Source: a virus (lineage: Duplodnaviria; Caudoviricetes). From it: a stretch of DNA of 57,681 nucleotides. Made by a program: the position numbers and the translations under genes. The notes under the pieces are model-generated. The model saw nothing but the letters and a program-made list of their open reading frames with translations. It did not search any database and had not been told where the DNA came from. The stretch covers positions 1 to 57,681 of IMG/VR virus record IMGVR_UViG_3300047094_000686, one strand, 5' to 3'. The first letter of the stretch is position 1, and each line of letters begins with the position of its first letter. Shown in pieces: positions 7,870 through 16,517 of this stretch.

Positions 7870-8859
7870 ATGAATATTTCATTTTCTACGCCTATAGTTA
7901 ACCTAAGAACTAATAATGGATACGGATATGCAAGTAAAAATATAGTAAAATCTTTAAATAATCTAGGACACTTCACTCCATTTCAAGATCCAAAATCTAA
8001 ATTACAATTAAATTTTTCACAACCATCACATTTTAAATTACATAAAAATCAATATCAAATTAGTTATACACCATGGGAATCTACCGTAATTCCAGAAGAT
8101 TGGAAATATTATATGGATGCATGCGATGAAGTTTGGGTAACTTCAGATTGGTGTGCAAATGTATTTGAAGATAATGGCTTTAAGGTTTCTAATGTATACC
8201 CACACGGCATTGATCCTATGTGGATACCAAATAGAAGAAAAGAAAACGGTGTAATTAAATTTTTGCATATAGGAGAACCAGCACCAAGAAAAGCTGGACA
8301 AATGGTACTAGATGCATTTGGTAGCTTGTTTGGAAATAAAGAAGGATATTCGTTAACCATTAAAGCAGATCAAATAAATACAACTAGAGTATATAACAAT
8401 TATTTAGATAAAAATATTTTAGGCGTTCCAGATAAATATTACAACAACGTGTCTATAATTACAGATGTTTTGAATGACGAAGAACTTGTAAGCCTGTATC
8501 AGTCTCATGATGTTTTAGTATATCCAAGCTATGGAGAAGGATTTGGATTTATTCCACTTCAAGCACTAGCAACTGGCATGCCAACAATTTGTACAAGCGG
8601 CTGGGCACATTATGAAAAATATTTAGGGCCATTAAAATTAAAATCAGAACTAATAGATTCACCTTGGCCATTCCCACACGAAGGAAAAGTTTTTGAGCCA
8701 AACTATCAACACCTACTTGAACTTATGAGAGACGTTTCAATAAACTTTAATGCATATTCAGGATATTATTTTGCTCAGTCAACTAAAATACATAAAGATT
8801 ATAATTGGAAACAGTTGACCAAGAATTCATTTGATAAAATTTTAAAAAAACTTAATTAA
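7870..8859 (+). CDS. Glycosyltransferase, GT4 (GT-B fold)
   Basis: RKAG and DVLVYPSYGEGFGFIPLQALATGMPTI motifs. Confidence 0.9.
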   Translation: MNISFSTPIVNLRTNNGYGYASKNIVKSLNNLGHFTPFQDPKSKLQLNFSQPSHFKLHKNQYQISYTPWESTVIPEDWKYYMDACDEVWVTSDWCANVFEDNGFKVSNVYPHGIDPMWIPNRRKENGVIKFLHIGEPAPRKAGQMVLDAFGSLFGNKEGYSLTIKADQINTTRVYNNYLDKNILGVPDKYYNNVSIITDVLNDEELVSLYQSHDVLVYPSYGEGFGFIPLQALATGMPTICTSGWAHYEKYLGPLKLKSELIDSPWPFPHEGKVFEPNYQHLLELMRDVSINFNAYSGYYFAQSTKIHKDYNWKQLTKNSFDKILKKLN

Positions 8860-8945
8860 AACCTAGACCAATAAAATAAAGTTTGGTACACTTAGACTTC
8901 AATCAAATTTTAAAGCTGCGTTGGCGGAGAAAAGGTCGTATATAA

Positions 8946-10880
8946 ATGTCATTTACAATTGAAAACCCATATGAAAATTTTATTGCATTATCTAGATATG
9001 CAAAGTGGGTTCCAGAAGAAAACCGCAGAGAAAATTGGCAAGAAACTGTAGATAGATATTTTTCTTTTATGTTAGATCATTTATTTAAAGAGTATTCATA
9101 CGAACCTTCGGCAAAATTAATATCAGAATTAAAACAAGCAGTTCTAGACAGAAACGTTATGCCATCAATGAGAGCAGTAATGACTTCTGGCCCAGCATTA
9201 GAAAGAGATCATGTTGCTGGATACAATTGTTCATTTGTTCCAGTTGATTCACCACGTTCATTTGATGAAACAATGTATATTCTTATGTGTGGTACAGGTG
9301 TAGGATTCTCTGTTGAGTATAAGTATATTAATAAACTTCCTGCCGTCCCAGAATCTTTAGAAAAATCAACTACAGTAATTACAGTAGAAGATTCAAAACA
9401 AGGTTGGGCAAAAGCATATCGTGAACTATTAGCATTACTTTGGTCTGGACAGATTCCAGCAGTTGATGTAACTAAACTTAGACCCGCAGGCGCAAGACTT
9501 AAAACTATGGGCGGAAGATCTTCTGGACCACAGCCATTAGTAAATCTTTTTGATTTTACAATTAAGATATTTAAAAATGCAGTTGGAAGAAACTTAAAGC
9601 CAATTGAATGTCACGACCTTATGTGTAAAATTGGAGAAGTTGTTGTAGTTGGTGGCGTTCGTAGATCTGCAATGATATCTCTTTCTAATATTAATGATAT
9701 TGAAATGGCAGCAGCTAAGTCAGGTAATTGGTGGGAGAACAGTCCACAAAGAGCATTGTCAAATAACTCAGTTGCTTATTCTAGAAAACCAGAAATGGCA
9801 CAATTTATAGCAGAATGGAAAAATCTTTATGACTCAAAATCTGGAGAACGTGGAATTTATAATGTTGCCGCTGCACAAGCACAAGCAGCTAGATATGGAA
9901 GGCGGGATCCTGAAATACACTATGGGACAAACCCTTGCTCAGAAATTATTTTGCGTCCTTATCAGTTTTGTAACCTTTCAGAAGTCGTATTACGTGAAAA
10001 GGATACAGTTGATGATGTTAAAAATAAAGTAAGACTTGCCACTATTTTAGGAACGTGGCAATCTACATTAACAGACTTTAAATATTTGCGTAAAATTTGG
10101 AAAGATAATACAGAAGAAGAAAGACTGCTTGGCGTATCTTTAACAGGACAATTTGGACATAAATTCTTTTCTGGACAAGAAGGTTTAGACAAACTAGAGC
10201 AAACTCTTGTATCTCTCCGTGAATCAGCAAGAAAGGTAAATGCTGAAGAGGCTAAAAAAATTGGAATTCAAGAGTCAGCAGCAATTACTTGCGTTAAGCC
10301 ATCAGGTACAGTCTCGCAACTAGTCGGCGTTTCTTCTGGAATGCATCCGTGGCACTCTAAATATTATATTAGAACAGTTCGTGGATCAAAGACAGACCCA
10401 ATCTCTGTTTTCTTAAAAGAAGTGGGCATACCAGTCGAAGATGATGTCATGAAACCAACAGAAACATATGTATTTTCTTTTCCAATAAAATCTCCAGACG
10501 ATGCAATTGTTAGAAATGATTTAACCGCTATAGATCATTTAAACACATGGCTTGTTTATCAAAGAGCATGGTGTGAGCATAAGCCTTCAATTACTGTGTC
10601 AGTAAAAGAAGACGAATGGATGGAAGTTGGCGCTTGGGTATACAAAAACTTTGATGAAGTTTCTGGAATCTCATTCTTGCCTTCTTTTGATCATTCATAC
10701 AAGCAAGCACCATATCAGGAAATAACAAAAAAAGAATACGAAGACTTGTTGTCTAAGATGCCAAAGTCTATTCGTTGGGAAGATTTATCTTTTTATGAAA
10801 CAGAAGATGGAACTTCTACAAACGCCACGCTTGCATGTACGTCTGACGGAAATTGTGAACTTGTAGATATCTCTGCATAG
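8946..10880 (+). CDS. nrdJ: Class II adenosylcobalamin-dependent ribonucleotide reductase
   Basis: YNCSF, GGVRRSAMI, TNPCSEI, FCNLSE, CVKPSGT and a C-terminal Cys pair; no beta subunit gene nearby. Confidence 0.93.
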   Translation: MSFTIENPYENFIALSRYAKWVPEENRRENWQETVDRYFSFMLDHLFKEYSYEPSAKLISELKQAVLDRNVMPSMRAVMTSGPALERDHVAGYNCSFVPVDSPRSFDETMYILMCGTGVGFSVEYKYINKLPAVPESLEKSTTVITVEDSKQGWAKAYRELLALLWSGQIPAVDVTKLRPAGARLKTMGGRSSGPQPLVNLFDFTIKIFKNAVGRNLKPIECHDLMCKIGEVVVVGGVRRSAMISLSNINDIEMAAAKSGNWWENSPQRALSNNSVAYSRKPEMAQFIAEWKNLYDSKSGERGIYNVAAAQAQAARYGRRDPEIHYGTNPCSEIILRPYQFCNLSEVVLREKDTVDDVKNKVRLATILGTWQSTLTDFKYLRKIWKDNTEEERLLGVSLTGQFGHKFFSGQEGLDKLEQTLVSLRESARKVNAEEAKKIGIQESAAITCVKPSGTVSQLVGVSSGMHPWHSKYYIRTVRGSKTDPISVFLKEVGIPVEDDVMKPTETYVFSFPIKSPDDAIVRNDLTAIDHLNTWLVYQRAWCEHKPSITVSVKEDEWMEVGAWVYKNFDEVSGISFLPSFDHSYKQAPYQEITKKEYEDLLSKMPKSIRWEDLSFYETEDGTSTNATLACTSDGNCELVDISA

Positions 10881-10949
10881 TGGTATTATATTAGTATTGG
10901 GTAACCCCCAAAATTCCTGGGCACAAGGCTCAGAAATAGGAGGATCTTA

Positions 10950-11177
10950 ATGAAAAAAGATCTAAATAACGATGGAGTAATAACAATGACAGAACAAATC
11001 CTAGCAGCGCTTGGAACTTATGCTCGTGCATTTCTTTCAGCAGCTATCGCTTTGTACATGACTGGCAATACAAATCCAAAGGACCTTTTGATGGGTGGAA
11101 TTGCAGCAGTAGCCCCAGTAATTTTAAAGGCTCTTTCACCAAGCAATCAAGAGTTTGGTTTCAAGTCAGCTAAGTAA
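10950..11177 (+). CDS. Small membrane protein, holin-like
   Basis: 75 aa with two hydrophobic segments and an AGGAGG RBS. Confidence 0.55.
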   Translation: MKKDLNNDGVITMTEQILAALGTYARAFLSAAIALYMTGNTNPKDLLMGGIAAVAPVILKALSPSNQEFGFKSAK

Positions 11178-11252
11178 TTTAGTAAACTGAATTAAGAAGG
11201 CTCCTGTGCTAAAATAAGCATAGGAGTTTTCCTATTTTAGGAGATTTTGAAA

Positions 11253-11603
11253 ATGGCAGTACAAAAGAATTTTGAAGTAGATCAAAATGCTACATTCACC
11301 TTTGAGGTTCAATACACCTTAGAGGATGAAGTCACACCAATAAGTTTAGTAAATGCAACTGCAAAGATGCAAGTACGTGATACTAAAGGTGGATCCAAAC
11401 TAGCATTTACACTAACATCACCTTCTGGTGGTATAACAATTAATGGCGCAACTGGAACACTAACCGTTAAAATGACACCTACCCAGACAAATAAACTCTT
11501 TTATCCAAAATCTTCTTATGACATTATGGTTGTCGATTCTAACGGGAATAAAATAAAACTCCTTGAAGGGTTTTTAACTCTCAGTAGATCGGTAACTATA
11601 TAA
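11253..11603 (+). CDS. Putative virion structural protein (beta-sandwich-like)
   Basis: First gene of the fibre block; beta-rich; ATG at 11253 follows AGGAG. Confidence 0.55.
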   Translation: MAVQKNFEVDQNATFTFEVQYTLEDEVTPISLVNATAKMQVRDTKGGSKLAFTLTSPSGGITINGATGTLTVKMTPTQTNKLFYPKSSYDIMVVDSNGNKIKLLEGFLTLSRSVTI

Positions 11604-12058
11604 TGTCAACAGAAAAAGTAATAGTAACAGAAGTAAAAAATAAAGTAATTATAAAATCACCAGGACCACAAGGTCCCGCTGGAAGAACTATATTAAATGG
11701 AAGCTCTGCCCCATCAAATAATCTTGGGGTTACAGGAGATTTTTATGTTAATAATACTACACATGAATTCTATGGACCAAAGCTCACAGACGAATCTTGG
11801 GCTAGCGCAAATATAATTCAATTGGTTGCAGAAGGTGCAGATTTTGCATTTTCTCAATCATGGGAAATAGCTCAAGTAACTGGACCAGTTAACAACGTAT
11901 ATTCAGTATCAATAACACATAATTTAGGATTTTTTCCAAACGTAACAACAAAAGATAGTTCAGGTGAAACAGTTGAAACTGGACTAGAATATGTTAATGC
12001 AAACACGATTAAACTGACAATGGCTCAACCATTTTCAGGGACAGCATACCTGTCATAA
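11603..12058 (+). CDS. Putative virion structural protein
   Basis: GPQGPAG, GDFYVN and THNLG motifs typical of phage fibre or decoration proteins. Confidence 0.55.
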   Translation: MSTEKVIVTEVKNKVIIKSPGPQGPAGRTILNGSSAPSNNLGVTGDFYVNNTTHEFYGPKLTDESWASANIIQLVAEGADFAFSQSWEIAQVTGPVNNVYSVSITHNLGFFPNVTTKDSSGETVETGLEYVNANTIKLTMAQPFSGTAYLS

Positions 12059-12070
12059 AGGAGAAGTAAA

Positions 12071-13438
12071 ATGGCAAGAAAATTTTTAGTTAGCTTAGAC
12101 CTTAACAAAAATGAATTACAAAATGCTCGAATTCAAAACCTTAGTACTGCGCCTTCAAGCCCAGTAGAAGGTCAAATATATTTTAACACAGTAGATAAAA
12201 TTGTATACTTTTATGACGGAACAAACTGGATTTCTACATCTGGATCCTTAGAAGTAATTCAAGATGCTATTGGGGCATACGTTTCTGGTGGCACTGGCCT
12301 AACAGCGACATATAGTGACTCAACAGGCACTACAACAATTGATTTAGATAATACAACAGTAACAGCTGGATCATATGGATCCACAACAGCAATTCCTACA
12401 TTTACAGTAGACGCACAAGGTCGTTTGACTGCAGCAGGAACAGTAAACGTAGCAACTAATCTTTCAATTGCTGGAGATACTGGAACAGACACAGTTGATT
12501 TATTAACTGACACACTAACTGTTGCAGGTGGAGAAGGAATTGACGTTGCTGTAACAAACAACACAATTACAGTTTCAGCAGAAGATGCAACTTCATCAAA
12601 CAAGGGTGTTGCCAGCTTTGATTCAACAGATTTTACAGTAACATCTGGAGCAGTAACATTAAACGCTGAGCGTGTACAAGATATTGTATCCTCACAAATT
12701 GTTGCAGGCGAAGGCATTGATGTAACATACGATGACAACGCAGGAACTCTAACAGTAGATGCAGAAATTGCAACAACTACAAATCGTGGTGTTGCTTCCT
12801 TTGCTACAGCAGACTTTACTGTAACAGATGGCGCAGTAAGTATCAAAAATGTTGATCTTGCAACACAGACAACTGGTAACTATATTGCAACAATTGCTGG
12901 AACAGCTAATGAAATTGAAGTTTCTGGCTCTGGATCTGAAAATTCAGCAGTAACAATTGGACTTCCAGACAGCGTAACAATTACCAGCGACTTAACAGTT
13001 GGTGGAAATTTAACAGTTAATGGAACATTAACTTCTTTAAATACTGAACAAGTAACAATTGAAGATAACGTAGTTGTTTTAAATAGCAACGTTACAGGTT
13101 CCCCATTAGCAAACGCTGGAATTGAAGTAGAGCGTGGAACTTCTACAAATACATCAATTATTTGGAATGAAACAGATGACAAGTGGACACTTACAAATAA
13201 CGGTGCCGACTATCATGCTATTACTAGGAAGTATGTAGAAACCCTTTCAACCTCTGCAACTTCTTATACAGTAACTCACAATTTAGGATCTACTGATGTA
13301 TTAGTTCAGGTTTCAGAAGTAGCCTCTCCATATGCTAAGGTTGAAACAGATGTAGAACTTACATCCGATTCAGCGGTAACAATTAAATTTGCAACCGCAC
13401 CATCATCTGGAGCATATAAAGTAGTAGTTATAGGATAA
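12071..13438 (+). CDS. Putative fibre / virion protein
   Basis: Thr/Gly/Ala-rich, internal repeats (GVASF..TDFTVT.GAV), C-terminal THNLG domain. Confidence 0.65.
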   Translation: MARKFLVSLDLNKNELQNARIQNLSTAPSSPVEGQIYFNTVDKIVYFYDGTNWISTSGSLEVIQDAIGAYVSGGTGLTATYSDSTGTTTIDLDNTTVTAGSYGSTTAIPTFTVDAQGRLTAAGTVNVATNLSIAGDTGTDTVDLLTDTLTVAGGEGIDVAVTNNTITVSAEDATSSNKGVASFDSTDFTVTSGAVTLNAERVQDIVSSQIVAGEGIDVTYDDNAGTLTVDAEIATTTNRGVASFATADFTVTDGAVSIKNVDLATQTTGNYIATIAGTANEIEVSGSGSENSAVTIGLPDSVTITSDLTVGGNLTVNGTLTSLNTEQVTIEDNVVVLNSNVTGSPLANAGIEVERGTSTNTSIIWNETDDKWTLTNNGADYHAITRKYVETLSTSATSYTVTHNLGSTDVLVQVSEVASPYAKVETDVELTSDSAVTIKFATAPSSGAYKVVVIG

Positions 13439-13442
13439 CAAA

Positions 13443-13799
13443 TTGAAACTAAAGTCTTTATTAAATTTAGCAACATTAGCATCCGACCCTGCGGGGTCGG
13501 AAGGCGATGTCTTTTTTAATACAACAGAAAAGGCTTTAAAGATTCATAACGGAGCAATATGGGTAACAATAGCAAGCAATACAGACCCAGCACCATTTTA
13601 TTTACACACTCATACATACGATGGAGCAATACATACAATTGATATTGAAAACCCAATAACATTTAAAGAGATAAATAATGTCGCAAGTGTTTTAGAAAAT
13701 ATTCCTAAAATAACAGGATTTGATGGAGGCCAACCTTCAGATATTGTTGAAGATCCTAGCTTCTTAGAACTATCACTGCTAGATGGCGGAAACGCTTAA
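13443..13799 (+). CDS. Hypothetical virion-associated protein
   Basis: EGDVFFNT motif resembles EGQIYFNT in the preceding gene; LDGG C-terminus. Confidence 0.55.
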   Translation: MKLKSLLNLATLASDPAGSEGDVFFNTTEKALKIHNGAIWVTIASNTDPAPFYLHTHTYDGAIHTIDIENPITFKEINNVASVLENIPKITGFDGGQPSDIVEDPSFLELSLLDGGNA

Positions 13800-13863
13800 T
13801 ATTTTAGGCAATTATAAATACCAGATGATATAATTATCTTAAGTCATAACTAAGAGGTAAAAC

Positions 13864-14421
13864 GTGGCAACAAACTTTCCAAACTCATTAGATACATTGG
13901 TAAATCCTAATTCAACGGATCCATTATCTAGTCCGTCGCACTCTGAACAGCATATAAATCTTAATGATGCTGTTGAAGCAATAGAAACAAAAATTGGAGC
14001 AAATGGCTCTAATGATTCAAATTCTATTCAATACAAGATTGCAGCAATACAAACAACTTTAACTGACATAGAAAACAGCACCTCAGTAGCAGAACTTTTG
14101 TTAGGTCTTGAAGGAAATAATGATTTAACAATAAGTGGAATAGAGAACAAAACAACAGTAGACAGTTTTGCCAAATCTCTATATTCAACAATAAGATATA
14201 CACTACAAATCAAAAAAGACAACTTGTTTGTTTCTGATCAACTAGATATAGTCAATGATGGAACAGACTTACATATAAATAGATATGAAATATCATCAAA
14301 TACAAATACTTCTCTTTATACTGTGCAATTAGAAGAAAATGCAGGTATAATTAGCTTGAAAGTAACACCGACAAGTGGATCTATAACCGCTAGATATTAT
14401 AGAACCGCCTTAAAGTTTTAA
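13864..14421 (+). CDS. Hypothetical virion protein
   Basis: N-terminal MATNFPNSLD...HSEQH..LNDAVEAIETKIG module seen in phage fibre proteins. Confidence 0.6.
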   Translation: MATNFPNSLDTLVNPNSTDPLSSPSHSEQHINLNDAVEAIETKIGANGSNDSNSIQYKIAAIQTTLTDIENSTSVAELLLGLEGNNDLTISGIENKTTVDSFAKSLYSTIRYTLQIKKDNLFVSDQLDIVNDGTDLHINRYEISSNTNTSLYTVQLEENAGIISLKVTPTSGSITARYYRTALKF

Positions 14422-14442
14422 GGCGTAAGGGGAAACAAAAAA

Positions 14443-16050
14443 ATGGCAACAGTAGATAAAAACTTTAGAATTAAGAATGGTTTAGTTGTTGAGGGATCAA
14501 CAGCTACAGTAAATGGATCTAATATCCTTACTGAAAACTCACTAGAATTTATTCAAGATACCGTAGCGGCACAACTTGTAGACGGAACACATACAAACAT
14601 TTCAGTAAGTTATAATGACACTACTGGAACAATTAGTTTAACTGGCGCAGTAACATACACAGACGAGCAAGCACAAGATGCCGTCGGTAACGCAGTCGGA
14701 ACTGGACTTTCATACAACGATACAACAGGTGCAATATCTGTTGACACAGCCACAATTCAGGCTCGTGTTGCAGATGTATCTGACACTGAAATTGGATACC
14801 TTAATGGCGTAACATCTTCAATTCAGACACAATTAGACGATAAGTCAACTGCAAGCAAAACCGAAACATTAACAAATAAGACCTTAACATCACCAAACAT
14901 AAATGAAAACGTAGCTCTTACAGCAACCGCTACAGAACTTAACATTCTTGATGGTGCAACACTTTCTACAACAGAACTTAACTATGTAGATGGCGTAACT
15001 TCTTCAATTCAAACACAATTAAACAATAAATTTGATTCAGCAAATGCTTCAACAACAAATATTTCAGAAGGCACAAACCTTTACTTTACAGATGAAAGAG
15101 CACAAGATGCTGTAGGAAATGCTGTAGGTAATGGTCTTGATTATGATGATGCAACAGGAGCAATTTCTGTAGACCCTTCAGAGTTTACATTAAACTCTAT
15201 CGGCGCACCATCTGCAGCAGTGGCTTTAAACAGTCAAAAGATTACTGGCCTTGCAACACCAACAGATTCAACAGATGCATCAACTAAAGGCTATGTTGAC
15301 GGATTAATTACAACAGAGGTATCAAATCGCAACACTGCAATTTCAACAGCAGTTAGCAATTTAGTAGACGGCGCACCAGACCTTCTTAATACTCTTAATG
15401 AATTAGCAGCAGCAATTAATGATGACGCTAACTACACAACAACTATTACAACAGCATTGGGAACAAAGGCCCCACTTGCTTCACCAGATTTAACTGGAGT
15501 CCCAACAGCGCCTACTGCAGCAGCAAACACAAATACTACTCAAATAGCTACAACAGCTTTTGCTAAAGCAGAAGCAGACGCAGCACAGTCAGCAGCGGAA
15601 GCCACAGCATCAGGAGATGCAACATCAAAGGCTAACGCCGCTCAAGCAGCAGCAGAAGCCACAGCATCATCTGCTCTTTCTGGAGTAACTGCAGGAACCA
15701 CAGCGTTTACAGCAGTAAATGTTAACTCAGTAGCTAAGCAAATTGCTGCAACCACAGGTAATATTGTTACCGCAGCCGCAACTACAGCTTATGCATGGGC
15801 AAAGGCTTCATACCGAAGCGGAGAATTCCTTGTTAAGTCAAAAAATGGAAATCACACAGAAGTTGCAAAAATTATGGTAACTCTAGACTCTTCAGATAAC
15901 GTCTATATCACAGAATATGGAATGTCATCAACAAGTGGAGTTGCACTTCAAACAGTTTCAGCAGATGTAAGCGGAACAGATGTAAGAATTCGTGTAACAC
16001 CTGCAAATAACAATACCGAAGTATTAATTACTGGTACACTGTTAGTATAA
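14443..16050 (+). CDS. Tail-fibre-like protein
   Basis: Repeats (AQDAVGNAVG twice, GVTSSIQTQL twice), APDLLNTLNELAAAINDD and KAPLASP.LTGVPTAPT fibre motifs. Confidence 0.7.
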   Translation: MATVDKNFRIKNGLVVEGSTATVNGSNILTENSLEFIQDTVAAQLVDGTHTNISVSYNDTTGTISLTGAVTYTDEQAQDAVGNAVGTGLSYNDTTGAISVDTATIQARVADVSDTEIGYLNGVTSSIQTQLDDKSTASKTETLTNKTLTSPNINENVALTATATELNILDGATLSTTELNYVDGVTSSIQTQLNNKFDSANASTTNISEGTNLYFTDERAQDAVGNAVGNGLDYDDATGAISVDPSEFTLNSIGAPSAAVALNSQKITGLATPTDSTDASTKGYVDGLITTEVSNRNTAISTAVSNLVDGAPDLLNTLNELAAAINDDANYTTTITTALGTKAPLASPDLTGVPTAPTAAANTNTTQIATTAFAKAEADAAQSAAEATASGDATSKANAAQAAAEATASSALSGVTAGTTAFTAVNVNSVAKQIAATTGNIVTAAATTAYAWAKASYRSGEFLVKSKNGNHTEVAKIMVTLDSSDNVYITEYGMSSTSGVALQTVSADVSGTDVRIRVTPANNNTEVLITGTLLV

Positions 16051-16118
16051 TTAAATAAAAGGCCAGGGGAGAGCCTGAATCTCCCCACAAAAAACAATTA
16101 GGGGATATGTGAACTTAA

Positions 16119-16475
16119 ATGGCAACAGAGAATAAAAACTTTAAAGTTAAGAATGGAATAAATGTCGCAGGAGATGCCACATTTGATTCTAACGTCGTAT
16201 TAGGTTCAACCCCCCTTAGATTTGACACAACAACAAACAAACTACAGATCCAATTAAATGGAACCTGGAGTCCAATTGCATTTGTGGCAGATATTCCAGA
16301 TATGGCAACAGAAATAGGCTTTATGGATGTTGGTCTGGCTATTGATTACAATGGTCTTCCAATCTATACAGTTCAGGCAAACGGAGTAAGTACAACAGCA
16401 ACTAAATTCGCAGACGGTGGAGCCCCATCAACTTCAACATATGGGTTAACATTCGATTCTGGAGTTATAGTCTAA
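16119..16475 (+). CDS. Hypothetical virion protein
   Basis: N-terminus MATENKNFKVKNG is similar to that of 14443-16050. Confidence 0.6.
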   Translation: MATENKNFKVKNGINVAGDATFDSNVVLGSTPLRFDTTTNKLQIQLNGTWSPIAFVADIPDMATEIGFMDVGLAIDYNGLPIYTVQANGVSTTATKFADGGAPSTSTYGLTFDSGVIV

Positions 16476-16517
16476 TAAAAAATAAATGCTATAATTAGCA
16501 AATAAGGGGTAATAAAT

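Noticed and set aside
8860-8945. Cobalamin riboswitch or NrdR box upstream of nrdJ
   Set aside because: The 86-nt intergenic region is too short and has no recognisable B12-box or NrdR consensus. Only a TGGTACACT -10-like element is visible.
10900-10935. Riboswitch in the leader of the holin-like gene
   Set aside because: Only two short imperfect hairpins are present, with no recognisable aptamer consensus.
12259-13182. Long antisense ORFs over structural genes (also 18155-18565, 32863-33402, 42706-43089, 52219-52614 and others)
   Set aside because: They lie fully antisense to well-supported genes, are explained by codon bias, and have no recognisable motifs.
16066-16086. Terminator hairpin GGGGAGA-GCCTGAA-TCTCCCC
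   Set aside because: It is followed by an A-run rather than a U-tract on the coding strand. It may be a stabilising hairpin but is not supported as a terminator.
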